DNA from: a bacterium
GTDB taxonomy: Bacteria > UBA8248
Length of the DNA: 64,000 nt
Direction of reading: 5' to 3'
Assembly (NCBI GenBank): GCA_965261085.1
Contig: OZ253442.1
Span: 352,001 to 416,000 of the forward strand
Position 1 is the first letter of the stretch. Every line of letters begins with the position of its first letter. The notes below the pieces were generated by a model that was not told the origin of the DNA, made no database searches, and was given only the letters and a program-made list of their open reading frames with translations. Both the position numbers and the translations under genes were made by a program. Positions 19,326 to 29,892 of the stretch are shown piece after piece.

Positions 19326-20441
19326 ATGAAACGTCGTGACTTTATTGCCGGTACCGCGGCCGGGACCGCCGCTGCGGTCGTGGCGGGCAGCGGGTTGGCC
19401 CAGGCCCAGAAGGCGCCCGCCATGATGAGAAAGCGCATCGAGATCGCCATCGTCACCACTTGGCCGCGCGATTTCCCCGGACTCGGCACCGGGGCGCAGC
19501 GCTTCGCCAAACGGCTCCAGGATATGAGCGACGGCCGCATCAAGGTGAGCTACTTCGCCGCCGGCGAGCGTGTCGGCGCCTTCGACTCGTTCGACGCAGT
19601 CGCTTCGGGCAACGCGCAGGCCTACCATGCGGCCGACTACTACTGGAAAGGTAAGCATCCGGGTTGGGCCTATTTCACTTCCGTGCCTTTCGGCCTCACC
19701 TACACCGAGATGAACGCCTGGATCCGTTTCGGCGGAGGACAGCAACTCTGGGACGAGCTGGCCGGGGAGTTCGGACTCAAGGGCCTCATGTGCGGCAACA
19801 CGGGCGTCCAGATGGGCGGCTGGTTCCGCAAGGAGATCAACAGCGCCGACGACCTCAAGGGCCTCAAGATGCGCATCCCGGGCCTCGGCGGCGACGTCAT
19901 GGCGAAGCTCGGCGCCTCGCCGGTGTCCCTGCCGGGCGGGCAGATATACGAGAACCTCGTTTCGGGCGCCATCGACGCCACCGAATGGGTGGGGCCGTGG
20001 AACGACGAGGTCATGAAGTTCTACGAAGCGGCCAAGTACTACTACTATCCGGGCATGCACGAGCCGGGCTCGATGCTTTCGGCGGGCTTCAACAAGAAGT
20101 TCTGGGATTCGTTGTCGAAGGCCGATCAGACGCTGATCGAGGCCGCGGCCTCCATGGAGAACGACGTGATGATGGCCGAGTACAACGCCAAGAACGGGGC
20201 GGCGCTGGCTCGGCTGACGCGCGATCAGGGAGTCCAGGTGCGCAAGTTCAACGACGACATCTACGACTCGTTCGGGAAAGCGGCCGAGGAAGTCTTTGCG
20301 GGGGTGGTGACCCACAGCGACCTCGCCAAGCGCATCCACGAAAGCTTCGACAAGTCGCGTCGGGAGATCGGCGGCTGGTCGAATCTCTCAGACCAGGCAT
20401 ACGTGGCGCAGCGCAACCGTGTGCTGGGTGTTACCAGCTAA
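19326..20441 (+). CDS. TRAP transporter substrate-binding protein (DctP/TakP-like), Tat signal
   Basis: MKRRDFI twin-arginine leader, GNTGVQMGGWFRKEI, GLKMRIPGLGG; AAGGAG RBS. Confidence 0.92.
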   Translation: MKRRDFIAGTAAGTAAAVVAGSGLAQAQKAPAMMRKRIEIAIVTTWPRDFPGLGTGAQRFAKRLQDMSDGRIKVSYFAAGERVGAFDSFDAVASGNAQAYHAADYYWKGKHPGWAYFTSVPFGLTYTEMNAWIRFGGGQQLWDELAGEFGLKGLMCGNTGVQMGGWFRKEINSADDLKGLKMRIPGLGGDVMAKLGASPVSLPGGQIYENLVSGAIDATEWVGPWNDEVMKFYEAAKYYYYPGMHEPGSMLSAGFNKKFWDSLSKADQTLIEAAASMENDVMMAEYNAKNGAALARLTRDQGVQVRKFNDDIYDSFGKAAEEVFAGVVTHSDLAKRIHESFDKSRREIGGWSNLSDQAYVAQRNRVLGVTS

Positions 20442-20483
20442 ATGTCCGGCGCATAGTGTGACAGACCGCTACGGTTTCCCACG

Positions 20484-21491
20484 GTGACGGAGGCTCAGTT
20501 GGACGCGGACGGCAGACGGCCCGGCATCGCGGATGCGCTCTACCGCGCATTCGCGCTGTCGCTGGCCGCCACGACGTTCGTTTTCCTTTTCAATAACTAT
20601 CTGGTCTTCTGGCGGGGCTGGCCGGGTGTCGCGCGTATCCTCGGGGGGGCGCCGCCCGGCGGGACGGCGCTTATCCAGGCATGGTTGCAACTCACCTGCT
20701 ACGTCCTTCCGGTCGTCGCCATCACCATCTTCGCGCTCAGGACCCGGGAGAGGCCGTTCGCGTCGGACGCAGCACTTCTCAGCTCCGTCACCGCTTATAT
20801 CATCGCTGCGGCCTTTTGGTCGACGTTCTTTATCGGCATCGTCGACGGAGTCATATCGTTCCTGCGCGTGGAAGGGCTGTTGCCCGCGCTGTTCGGCAAG
20901 AAGCTGGCTCAGCAACTGGGCGTCTCGAACTTCCGCGGCCTCTACGTGCATTTCCCGCTGATGCTCATGGCGGTGGTGGTGGCCTGCTTCAAGCGTGGGC
21001 TCGACTTCATCTGGCTTTCGCTGTTCGTGGTCGTCGCCGAGTTCCAGATCGTCATCGCGCGCTTCATCTTCTCCTATGAGCAGGCTTTCATGGGAGATCT
21101 GGTCCGTTTCTGGTACGCCGCGCTGTTCCTGTTCTCCAGCTCTCATACCCTGTTCGCAGAAGGCCACGTCCGCGTGGACGTGCTGTACACGCATTTCAAC
21201 GAACGGCGCAAGGCCCTGGTCAACGCGTGGGGTTGCATGGTGCTGGGCGTGCCGCTGTGCTGGACCATTCTCGCCGTCGGCATGGCGGGCAAGGCGTCCG
21301 TCATCAACAGCCCGCTGCTTTATTTCGAAACGTCCCAGAGCGGGTACGGTCTCTACGTCAAGTACCTGATGGCGGGTTTTCTCGCCGTGTACGCCGTGTC
21401 CATGATGACGCAGTTCCTGGCGTTCTTCCTTGACTCCATGGCGATTCTTCGCGGGCAGACCGCGAGCCACCCGACACCCGATCCGGCCTGA
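20484..21491 (+). CDS. TRAP transporter small permease (extended DctQ)
   Basis: Multiple TM helices, EGHVRVDVLY motif. Confidence 0.85.
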   Translation: MTEAQLDADGRRPGIADALYRAFALSLAATTFVFLFNNYLVFWRGWPGVARILGGAPPGGTALIQAWLQLTCYVLPVVAITIFALRTRERPFASDAALLSSVTAYIIAAAFWSTFFIGIVDGVISFLRVEGLLPALFGKKLAQQLGVSNFRGLYVHFPLMLMAVVVACFKRGLDFIWLSLFVVVAEFQIVIARFIFSYEQAFMGDLVRFWYAALFLFSSSHTLFAEGHVRVDVLYTHFNERRKALVNAWGCMVLGVPLCWTILAVGMAGKASVINSPLLYFETSQSGYGLYVKYLMAGFLAVYAVSMMTQFLAFFLDSMAILRGQTASHPTPDPA

Positions 21492-21493
21492 CC

Positions 21494-24145
21494 GTGGAGC
21501 TTTTCTTCCTCGCACTGCTGATCCTGGCTATGGCCGGGGCGCTGGCATCGGGTTACCCGGTGGCCTTCGCGCTGCCCGGCGCGGCCATCCTGACCATCGG
21601 ACTCGCAGCGTTCACCGGCTACATCTTTGCCGGGGACGCAAGCGCCTTCTTCACGCAGGACGGCCCCGTCCAGTGGCTTACGGCCGGTGTCACCAATTTC
21701 CGGGGCGTCTACTGGGAAGTCGAGCGCGACACCATTATCGCCGTGCCGTTGTTCGTGTTCATGGGCATCATGCTGCAACAGTCCAAGATCGCCGAAGACC
21801 TGCTGGTGACCATGGCGCGCCTTTTCGGGCCGGTTCCGGGCGGTCTCGGCATCTCGGTGGTGCTGGTGGGGGCGCTGCTCGCCGCCACCACCGGCATCCT
21901 CGGCGCCACCGTGGTGGCCATGGGCCTCATCTCGCTGCCGGCCATGTTGCGCAACGGCTACTCGCGCCGGCTCGCCACCGGGACCATTTCCGCGGCGGGC
22001 ACGCTGGGGCAGATCATCCCGCCCTCCGTGGTGCTCATCATCCTGGCCGACCAGCTCTCCAACGCCACCGATCAGGCGGGCACGTTGCGTCAGGCGGACT
22101 TCAAGTCGGCCACCGGCCAGTTCATCATGCCCACGGAGTTCGGCATCACGTCGGCCAGCGCCGGCGACATGTTCCTGGGCGCCATCGTGCCCGGCCTAAT
22201 AATGGTGGGCCTGTACGTCATCTATATTCTCTCGGTCGCGCTCATACGGCCCGGCAACGCGCCGGCCATCCCCATCGAAGGACGCATCGACCGCCAGTTC
22301 GTCGTCCGCGTGGTGTTGGCCCTGGTTCCGCCCCTGGCGCTCATCCTGGCCGTGCTCGGATCCATCATCGCGGGTATCGCGACGGTCAATCAGGCCGGCG
22401 CCATCGGCGCCGTCGGCGCCACCATCATGGCGGGGTACCGGTTGGCCGAAGGGCGACGCGGGTGCTACACGCCGGCCATTATCGCGGCTGTTTCACTGCT
22501 CGCGCTCTCCATCCTGCTGGCCACCGTCGACCTGAACATACGCACCATTCACAGCGCCTACGAGGCCATCGGCGTGACGCTTGCCGCCATCGCGGTCGTC
22601 GGGCTGCTGGTCGCCGTGACCTGGAGCGGCTGGCGCGCCTACCGCGCCGAGAAGATGCTCGCGGGCGTCATGGTCGAGACCGCCAAGACCACGGCCATGG
22701 TCTTCATCATCCTCCTGGGCGCCGCCATGCTGACGGCGGCCTTCCGAAGCTTCGGCGGCGAGGAGTTGGTGAAGGAATTTCTCACCACGCTGCCCGGCGG
22801 TTTCTGGAGCCAGTTCATCGTCGTCATGGCGGTGATCTTCATCCTCGGGTTTTTCCTCGATTTCATCGAGATCGCGGTGGTGGTGGTGCCCATCGTGGCC
22901 CCCATCCTGCTCGCGGACCCCTCGGCCAACATCACCGCGGTCTGGCTCGGGGTGATGATAGGCGTCAACATGCAGACCTCCTTCCTGACGCCGCCGTTCG
23001 GTTTCGCACTCTTCTATCTGCGCGGAGTCGCGCCGCCCTCCGTGCTGACGACTGACATCTACCGGGGCGTGGTCCCGTTCATCGCGCTGCAACTCGTGGC
23101 CCTGGCCATCGTCGGTTTCTATCCTCCCCTGGTGAACTACCTGCCGACGCGCACGTCGCTCACCGGAGAGACCGCGCCGCCTCCCCGGAACCCGCGCCTC
23201 CAGGCCTGCCTGGAGCAGTACCTGTTCGAGCGCTACGACCGCGACGGCGAGACGATTCGCGCGAGCATACGAACCGCCCAAAAACTCGATACCAGCTATC
23301 TGCCGGTGAAAATCCGCAAGCAACTGACCGGCGGCATGGAGAAGGCCGCCCGGACCTTCGATCTGGTTTCCGAAGTGCGCCGCGCCAGCCTGGAGCGAAA
23401 GACGTACGGGGAGACCTACAAGGACGTACATACCGTCGTTCGACGGGTCAACGCGGATGAGAAGCGGATCGCCCGCGAGATCCGCGAGCTCCGCACCACC
23501 ATCCGGCGCATGGGACCAGATGCGGACGAGGCGGCGGCGTTTCGTCACGAAATCGATGAGTTGACGAAGCAAAGGGTTCGCGTGGAGGCGAGGCGTCCCG
23601 AAGGCGGAAAGGAAATGCGCAGGCGTTACCTGTCTCTGGAAAAGAAGGAGACCGGCGCCCGCCGCGCCTACCGGCGCAATGTCGACGACGCCTACGCCTC
23701 CGTGCTTTCGGTGCGTGAGATGCTGGCGAAGGTACCTGCCCTGAAGAAAGCCGGCGCAAAGCTCAAGGGGTTGCCGGAAATCCTGCAAACGCAGACGGCC
23801 AAAAAGGCGGGTTCCGCCATCCGTGACGCCGAGCGGGCGTTCCGGGGCGTTCCCGGAACCTACGATTTACGCTCCACCCTCTCCAGGGCGCGTTCCGACG
23901 CGAGGCGAGGCGCATCCGGCCGCAAGCGCGCCGCGAAGCGCCTGAATGATGTGATCGCCCTCCTCGAGCGCGAGGTGGCGTGGCGGTCCCGGGCCGCCAG
24001 GGAACTGGACTCCGGTCTGGCCGCCTACGAGACCGCACTGCGCGGAACCATCGGCATCCGGCAGCTAGAGCGGCTGCCGACCCGGATCGCAAAACCCGTG
24101 GCGACCTGCATGTCGCACCACCGCGACATCTCGTTGAGCTTCTAG
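21494..24145 (+). CDS. TRAP transporter large permease DctM with long soluble C-terminal extension
   Basis: AVPLFVFMG, GTLGQIIPPS, NMQTSFLTPPFGFALFYLRG. Confidence 0.9.
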   Translation: MELFFLALLILAMAGALASGYPVAFALPGAAILTIGLAAFTGYIFAGDASAFFTQDGPVQWLTAGVTNFRGVYWEVERDTIIAVPLFVFMGIMLQQSKIAEDLLVTMARLFGPVPGGLGISVVLVGALLAATTGILGATVVAMGLISLPAMLRNGYSRRLATGTISAAGTLGQIIPPSVVLIILADQLSNATDQAGTLRQADFKSATGQFIMPTEFGITSASAGDMFLGAIVPGLIMVGLYVIYILSVALIRPGNAPAIPIEGRIDRQFVVRVVLALVPPLALILAVLGSIIAGIATVNQAGAIGAVGATIMAGYRLAEGRRGCYTPAIIAAVSLLALSILLATVDLNIRTIHSAYEAIGVTLAAIAVVGLLVAVTWSGWRAYRAEKMLAGVMVETAKTTAMVFIILLGAAMLTAAFRSFGGEELVKEFLTTLPGGFWSQFIVVMAVIFILGFFLDFIEIAVVVVPIVAPILLADPSANITAVWLGVMIGVNMQTSFLTPPFGFALFYLRGVAPPSVLTTDIYRGVVPFIALQLVALAIVGFYPPLVNYLPTRTSLTGETAPPPRNPRLQACLEQYLFERYDRDGETIRASIRTAQKLDTSYLPVKIRKQLTGGMEKAARTFDLVSEVRRASLERKTYGETYKDVHTVVRRVNADEKRIAREIRELRTTIRRMGPDADEAAAFRHEIDELTKQRVRVEARRPEGGKEMRRRYLSLEKKETGARRAYRRNVDDAYASVLSVREMLAKVPALKKAGAKLKGLPEILQTQTAKKAGSAIRDAERAFRGVPGTYDLRSTLSRARSDARRGASGRKRAAKRLNDVIALLEREVAWRSRAARELDSGLAAYETALRGTIGIRQLERLPTRIAKPVATCMSHHRDISLSF

Positions 24146-24664
24146 TAGCGCCATCCGTGAGCCTCCAACCGGCAGTCCGGCAATGCCGGCTCAATCAGTT
24201 GCAGACATGGCCACCCCTGAAAACGTTGGCGAAAAGCGAGTCAGGAAAGAATTGAAAATAGGGCATCCAGTCGTATCATTACCGGCGCAATCTATTTAGA
24301 TGCCTATTTTTATCCCGTTCAGGTGATATATCGAGCCGTTTTCATCAGGCATGAAATTCTCTTGTCCCATTGATATCATTTCAAATATCTATTCTCATCA
24401 ATCTCATCCGGAATCCGCCTTCTTTAATATGTCATCAAAACGAAAACGGCTTTATTAAAACCCCCGCGCATCCCGGCGCGTCTTCTCGGATTATCCTGCA
24501 AACTTCTTCCCATATCCGGCTCGCGCCTGTGACGCAACCCGTTCGAAGCTCACCATACGCGCCTTGGCTTGAGCAGGGAGAGGCGGCCGGTGCGCGCATT
24601 CACCCACTCGCGCGTCACTCGGGCGGCGGAACGTACCCGGCACCCTCGAAAAACGCCTTGCCTT

Positions 24665-24916
24665 TCAGATCATCCCGCCGATGAAACCTTGCTTGCGAGT
24701 TCTGGCGACCGGTTCGAGATGCGCCTTCCTGGAGCGGCATTCCCGGCAGCGCAGGAGGGGCTCCAGGTCTTCCACGCGCATTCCGCGATGCACTTTTTCC
24801 GTCCCCGGCCGGGCCAGTATCTCGGCGGGCTCCAGGGCCGTCTCCCGGCCGCAGTTCTTGCATACCGCGATGAAATACCAGTCTCCCCCGGCGTAATCGC
24901 CCAGGCAAAGCGCCAC
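24665..24916 (-). CDS. Small Zn-ribbon protein (CxxC...CxxC), coupled to the Y-family polymerase
   Basis: GTG overlaps the polymerase stop (TAGTG) with GGAGG RBS; CKNC..CREC. Confidence 0.6.
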   Translation of the reverse strand: MALCLGDYAGGDWYFIAVCKNCGRETALEPAEILARPGTEKVHRGMRVEDLEPLLRCRECRSRKAHLEPVARTRKQGFIGGMI

Positions 24917-26154
24917 TACTGGAAATCCTCCAGTTGAGGAATGCGGCCGTACGCAATCTTGGCCCCCGCGTAGCCGCCCGGAGGAGCGCACCCGCCGTAG
25001 CCGACGAGGGTGCGCGCATAGCGGCCATTGATCGAATCGACGGCGGCGGTAAGCCTTCCCAGCCGACGCCCCTCGTCCGGCTTTCCAAATGGCAGCTCGA
25101 GCTGCGCTTCATCCGAGGGGACGAGGCGGTCGAACGACACGGTGACCCGGAACAGGGCGGCCCGGCCCCGCGCCCTGGTGAGTGCGGTCCAGAGCGCCGA
25201 GAGGACGCCGAGGCAGGTCAGATCGTCGTTCGCTCTTTCGACGAGCGTCGAGGCCGTCCAGGAGGGCGCATCGAGGCAGTCGGCCGACAGGGTGAGCCTC
25301 CGGGCGAGGAACCCCTCCCGGCGCAGACGCCGGGCCGCCTTCACCACCAGTTGCCTGGCCATCGGCCGGGCGGAGAGCGCGCCGCGCTCCCCCGGAGGCA
25401 GGACCCGGCCGTGGCCGATCGAGCCACGCCTCGTCACCGGCGGTTCCACGGCATAGCCGTGGAGCGCGTACCAACAGCGCTCGCCGGCCACGTTGCCCCA
25501 GACCGAACGCAGCCGTCCGGGGCTGGTGTTCCAAACCTCCTCGATCGTGGCTATCCCGCTGCGCTTCAAACGCGCGTGCATGCGACTGCCTACCCCGGGC
25601 AACGCCTCGAGCCCGAGGTGGAGCAGAGGACCCGGCAGGTCGCCGGGAAGCAGCACCGTCAGACCGTCCGGCTTTTCCAGGTCCGCGGCGATCTTGGCGA
25701 GCCACCTGTTGGGCGCGCAGCCGATGGAGCAGGTGATGCGCTCCCCGACGGCCGCCCGCACCCGGCTCTTGATCCTTCCCGCGATCTCCTCGGGGCGGTC
25801 CCGACCCCCCAGAACGGCGGCGCACTCGTCGATCGAGCAAACGACGTCAATCGGCAGCACGGAGAGCACCGCAGCGATGATCCGGTGGTGGATCCGGACG
25901 TACAGATCCGGCCGCTGCGGCGGGAGAGCTATCCCGGGGCACAACCGGCGGGCTTCTGCGATCGGAGTCCCGGTCTTGACGCCGAACCTCTTGGCCGCGG
26001 CGTTGGCGGCTATCACGCAACTGTTGCGCGCCCCCGCAAACGGTATGACTCCAACGGGGCGGCCGTGCAGGCCGGGGTCCGCCTGCTCTTCGCAGGAAGC
26101 GAAAAAGCCGTCGAAATCGATATAGAGCCGCTTCGATTCGCTTGGTCGGCGCAT
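24916..26154 (-). CDS. Y-family DNA polymerase (DinB/UmuC-like)
   Basis: LYIDFDGFFASCE, SIDE, AKIAADLEKPDG. Confidence 0.9.
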   Translation of the reverse strand: MRRPSESKRLYIDFDGFFASCEEQADPGLHGRPVGVIPFAGARNSCVIAANAAAKRFGVKTGTPIAEARRLCPGIALPPQRPDLYVRIHHRIIAAVLSVLPIDVVCSIDECAAVLGGRDRPEEIAGRIKSRVRAAVGERITCSIGCAPNRWLAKIAADLEKPDGLTVLLPGDLPGPLLHLGLEALPGVGSRMHARLKRSGIATIEEVWNTSPGRLRSVWGNVAGERCWYALHGYAVEPPVTRRGSIGHGRVLPPGERGALSARPMARQLVVKAARRLRREGFLARRLTLSADCLDAPSWTASTLVERANDDLTCLGVLSALWTALTRARGRAALFRVTVSFDRLVPSDEAQLELPFGKPDEGRRLGRLTAAVDSINGRYARTLVGYGGCAPPGGYAGAKIAYGRIPQLEDFQ

Positions 26155-26167
26155 GGCTCACCATGGA

Positions 26168-26182
26168 GAACAAAAAGCGAAA
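26168..26182. promoter_or_regulatory. Putative LexA box GAAC-N7-GAAA
   Basis: GAACAAAAAGCGAAA just upstream of the Y-polymerase start. Confidence 0.5.
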
Positions 26183-26289
26183 ATAACACATGACGAGCGG
26201 CCCATGCAAGATGAAAATCGGTGGCGCGCGCGATGTGATCTCCACCGGATCGTCCCCGAGCCGCCTTGCGGCGTTATCGTTGCCGGTCC

Positions 26290-26323
26290 GTCAGTTGACA
26301 GTCGACGCCTGACACTTTAGTTT
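26290..26323 (+). promoter_or_regulatory. higBA promoter with overlapping inverted-repeat operator; probably leaderless transcript
   Basis: TTGACA (26295)-17 nt-TAGTTT (26318), ATG 6 nt later; GTCAG..CTGAC palindrome. Confidence 0.55.
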
Positions 26324-26329
26324 TGGTCA

Positions 26330-26608
26330 ATGATCGCGTCTTTCAACCACCGGGGCCTGAAAGCACTCTACGATGAGCGAGCGGCGCGGTGGGTTGCGCC
26401 GGAGCATGTCCAGAAGCTGAGGGATGTCCTGGCTGTTCTCGACAGGAGCCGACGGCCACAGGACGTCGATATTCCCGGTTTCCGGCTCCATCCACTGAAG
26501 GGTGAACTGAAGGGCCATTACGCCGTGGCGGTCTCGGGGAACTGGCGGGTGACCTTTCGGTTCGAAGAGGGGGACGTAGTCGACGTGGATTACCTCGACT
26601 ACCATTGA
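26330..26608 (+). CDS. higB: HigB toxin (RelE/ParE family)
   Basis: MIASFNHRGL..PGFRLHPLKG..VSGNWRVTFRF..VDYLDYH. Confidence 0.92.
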   Translation: MIASFNHRGLKALYDERAARWVAPEHVQKLRDVLAVLDRSRRPQDVDIPGFRLHPLKGELKGHYAVAVSGNWRVTFRFEEGDVVDVDYLDYH

Positions 26609-26618
26609 TGGGGGTAAA

Positions 26619-26909
26619 GTGATGGCGATGAAAAATCCTCCGCATCCGGGCGGGATCGTGAGGCGGCAATGTCTCGAACCGCTCGGATTGTCCGTGACGA
26701 AGGCCGCCGAGGGCATCGGCGTCGCACGCCAGACCTTGTCGGAACTGCTCAACGAACGCACAGGGGTCTCCATAGAGATGGCGATTCGACTTTCCAAGGC
26801 GTTCGGCTCGACACCGGAGACCTGGCTCGGCCTACAGATGGCTTACGATCTTTGGCAGGCGCGCGCCCATGTCGACAAAATCAAGGTCGAGAAGTTCGGG
26901 GCGGCCTGA
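26619..26909 (+). CDS. higA: HigA antitoxin
   Basis: MKNPPHPG..HTH..EMAIRLSKAFGSTPETWLGLQ. Confidence 0.92.
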   Translation: MMAMKNPPHPGGIVRRQCLEPLGLSVTKAAEGIGVARQTLSELLNERTGVSIEMAIRLSKAFGSTPETWLGLQMAYDLWQARAHVDKIKVEKFGAA

Positions 26910-27127
26910 TTCCGACATCGCTACTCAAGATGCCTCACAGTTCAGTCCGGCAGGTTATCGCAGCAGTTAAAGTAGTACACGGACTTTTCGCGACGTACCG
27001 GGCCGAACGTCTTGCGGCACTCGTAGCTGCCCGACCCGATTCCAGGCGCCAATATCCGAAAACCCGCGGTCTGGCAGGGAGATAACCAGGATAGGCAGGC
27101 CACCGCAAATGCAGGAGGAGAGAGGAG

Positions 27128-27595
27128 ATGAAACCCGAAATAGCGCCCGAATTGCAAACCACCGACTGGCTCAACACCGACAACCCCATCACGCTTGAAG
27201 CGTTGCGCGGCAAAATCGTGCTGATTGAAGCCTTCCAGATGCTTTGCCCGGGATGTGTCTCCCGCGCCCTGCCGCAAGCGATGCGCGTGCGGCAGACATT
27301 CAGCCCCGACGAAGTCGCCGTAATCGGTTTGCATTCGGTGTTCGAGCACCATGCCGCGCAGGGCACTCGAGAGGCGCTGGCCGCATTCCTCCATGAATAC
27401 AGGATCGCGTTCCCGGTGGGTATCGATGCGCCATCGGATGGCGCGGGTCCACCGAAGACGATGACCCGCTATGCCATGCAAGGCACCCCGACCATGATCC
27501 TCATCGATCGGGAGGGACACCTGCGGAAGCAGAAGTTCGGCGGAGAGGAAGACCTCGCCCTCGGCGCCGAGATCATGTCGCTCCTGCGCGAATGA
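27128..27595 (+). CDS. Redoxin/TlpA-like thioredoxin-fold protein
   Basis: FQMLCPGC, GLHSVFEHH, GTPT. Confidence 0.88.
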   Translation: MKPEIAPELQTTDWLNTDNPITLEALRGKIVLIEAFQMLCPGCVSRALPQAMRVRQTFSPDEVAVIGLHSVFEHHAAQGTREALAAFLHEYRIAFPVGIDAPSDGAGPPKTMTRYAMQGTPTMILIDREGHLRKQKFGGEEDLALGAEIMSLLRE

Positions 27596-27651
27596 GCGGT
27601 CGTACCGCCGATCTGAAACCCGATACCGAGCAAGAGTTCCAAGTCAGGACA

Positions 27652-28082
27652 TGAGTTGTTGTTGAATAAGCCGGCTCTGGGAGCGGGCTTATTTGACGCA
27701 GTTCCTCCTTTCTCGGTCGGAACTGACTCCTTTCTCAGTCGGAACTGACCTCATTGGTCGCGTCAAATCCTCCCTCCTGGAGTTGTTGAAAAAGGCCCCC
27801 CAAAGGGGTTGACAACCTCCCCAATCGAGAGTGTTCACCGTCATTCCGGCGCATGCCGGAATGACGAACAAAACCTCACCGCCTCTTGCAGTGGGCCGTT
27901 TTTATGAACGGCCCAAGGTCGCGAAATGAGAGACGACCCTTGGAAATGTAGGGACAACCCCCTGTGGTTGTCCCTACTCAGGATAGGCACGGGAGCCTCG
28001 GACAGGCACGGGGGCCTGTCCCTACAAACCCTCTACTTGCAGGATTTCCATGCTGGGTTTTTCAACAACCTCTCATTGGTCG
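27652..28082. repeat. Mosaic of REP-like palindromes plus a MITE-like element (27779-28072)
   Basis: Ends GGAGTTGTTGAAAAA / TTTTTCAACAACCTC; GTCATTCCGGC..GCCGGAATGAC and GTAGGGACAACC..GGTTGTCCCTAC hairpins; tandem CCTTTCTCRGTCGGAACTGAC. Confidence 0.65.
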
Positions 28083-28242
28083 GGTTTGGCCCTCGACGCG
28101 CTCCCGATCAAGGCCTTACGGAGCGGGCCATTTGCGGATGTGATAAGCTGGGCTTCTATATTTCCAGCCGGCTGGATTCGCCGTTGGCGCCCGGACAGCG
28201 AAACCCCTGGTCCACGCCGACGCGCTGTGGAGGCGAAAGTGC

Positions 28243-29892
28243 TTGCCTGAATTCGAGTATCTCTGGGATCTGGTAATCGTACTCGGGTCGGCGGTCGTGG
28301 TCGCAACGGTGCTGCGCCGCGTGGGTGTTCCGTCGATCGCCGGGTTTATCCTCGCGGGCGCCCTCGTAGGACCGACGGCATTGAGCCTCGTGGACGACTC
28401 CCATCAGGTCGAGGTGCTGGCCGAGATTGGCATCGTCCTCCTTCTGTTCGGGATCGGTCTTGAAGTCTCGCTCGGCCACCTGCGACGCCTTTGGAAAGCC
28501 ATCCTGTTGGGCGGGAGTATTCAGGTGGCAGCTACGGTCGCATGCACTGCTGCCGTGGCCGTCTGGTTCGGACTCGAAACGGGGCCCGCGGTATTTCTCG
28601 GCTGCGTCGTCGCCGTATCCAGTACCGCCATCGTTTTGCGAGGCCTGTCTACGCGGGGGGAATTGGATTCGCCGCACGGCCGACTGGCGGTCGGCATTCT
28701 TGTCTTCCAGGACTTGTGCGTGGTTCCAATGCTCCTGGCGGTGCCCATTCTGGCCGGACAACAGAGTTCCACACGAGAAATCGTAGTCGCGGCCATCATC
28801 GGTATTCTTATCCTCATGGGCGTGCTGGTTGCAGCCAGCCGCGTCGTCCCGTATCTACTCGCGTTCGTGGCCAAGACGAGGGAGAGGGAACTCTTCGTAC
28901 TGACCGTATTTCTCGGATGCTTCGGGATCGCTTGGGGCTTGTCGCTGGCAGGAATCTCGCTTGCGCTCGGGGCATTCCTGGCCGGCCTGATCGTCGCCGG
29001 AAGCGAGTTTCGTCACCAGGCGATGTCGGATTTGATTCCCGTGCGAGAAGTTTTCGCAAGCGTTTTTTTCGTTTCCGTGGGCATGCTGCTGGACGTTTCG
29101 GATGTGTTCGAGCATTTTGCACCGATTCTCGGGCTTCTCGGCCTCATCCTCGTCGGCAAATTCGCGATTATGCTCGCAATGGGGTTGATCCTGCGATTGC
29201 CGCTTCGCGTGGCTATCCTGTCGGCGGCCACATTGTGTCAGATCGGCGAGTTCTCCTTCGTACTACTGAATGCAGTTTCGGGAACCGGTCTCCTTGGTGA
29301 CGAGTTGTCCCACAATCTCCTGGTAGCGATCATCCTGTCCATGCTGTTCACACCGATGGTAATCGCATTCGGCCCTCATCTGGCTCTCGGTGCGGACCGC
29401 GTCCCATGGCTGAACCGGATACTGGGCGCCGAACCTCCCGGATTCGATGCTCATGAACCGCAAAGCAATCACATCATTGTTGCCGGCTACGGCCGGGCAG
29501 GCCGGGAAGTATGTCGGTCCGCTCGAACTGCGGGATTCGCTTGTATCGCGGTCGACGTGAACGTCGATAATGTTCGTGCCGCAAAAGCGGCAGGAGAACT
29601 GGCTGTTTATGGAGACGTCACGCAGATGGAAGTGCTGGAGGAGCTTGGTTGCAGGAATGCCCGTCTGGTGGTGGTGACCATAAACGACACGCGAGCCACA
29701 GAACTTGCGGTTCGCGCAATTCGCCGGACGGCTCCTGACGCTCCCATCATTGCGCGCGCCCTCTACGATATAGACGAGGATTCACTGAAGGTGGCCGGCG
29801 CCACGAGGGTCATCACGGCGGAAGCCACGACCAGCGCCGTGATCGTCAGTACATGTCTCACAGAACTGGGATCCCCAAAGACGGAAGCTTAG
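28243..29892 (+). CDS. Kef-type cation:proton antiporter (CPA2) with TrkA-N domain
   Basis: LAEIGIVLLLFGIGLE, SSTAIV, LVFQD, QIGEFSFVL, GYGRAG. Confidence 0.9.
   Translation: MPEFEYLWDLVIVLGSAVVVATVLRRVGVPSIAGFILAGALVGPTALSLVDDSHQVEVLAEIGIVLLLFGIGLEVSLGHLRRLWKAILLGGSIQVAATVACTAAVAVWFGLETGPAVFLGCVVAVSSTAIVLRGLSTRGELDSPHGRLAVGILVFQDLCVVPMLLAVPILAGQQSSTREIVVAAIIGILILMGVLVAASRVVPYLLAFVAKTRERELFVLTVFLGCFGIAWGLSLAGISLALGAFLAGLIVAGSEFRHQAMSDLIPVREVFASVFFVSVGMLLDVSDVFEHFAPILGLLGLILVGKFAIMLAMGLILRLPLRVAILSAATLCQIGEFSFVLLNAVSGTGLLGDELSHNLLVAIILSMLFTPMVIAFGPHLALGADRVPWLNRILGAEPPGFDAHEPQSNHIIVAGYGRAGREVCRSARTAGFACIAVDVNVDNVRAAKAAGELAVYGDVTQMEVLEELGCRNARLVVVTINDTRATELAVRAIRRTAPDAPIIARALYDIDEDSLKVAGATRVITAEATTSAVIVSTCLTELGSPKTEA

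Noticed and set aside
21430-23788. Long alternative-frame and antisense ORFs over dctM (541 aa, 431 aa), and similar ones throughout the window
   Set aside because: Arg/Gly/His-rich shadows expected from high-GC codon bias; no recognisable motifs
27706-27750. Tandem CCTTTCTCRGTCGGAACTGAC repeat as CRISPR or iteron
   Set aside because: Only two adjacent copies with no spacer; part of a REP-like mosaic
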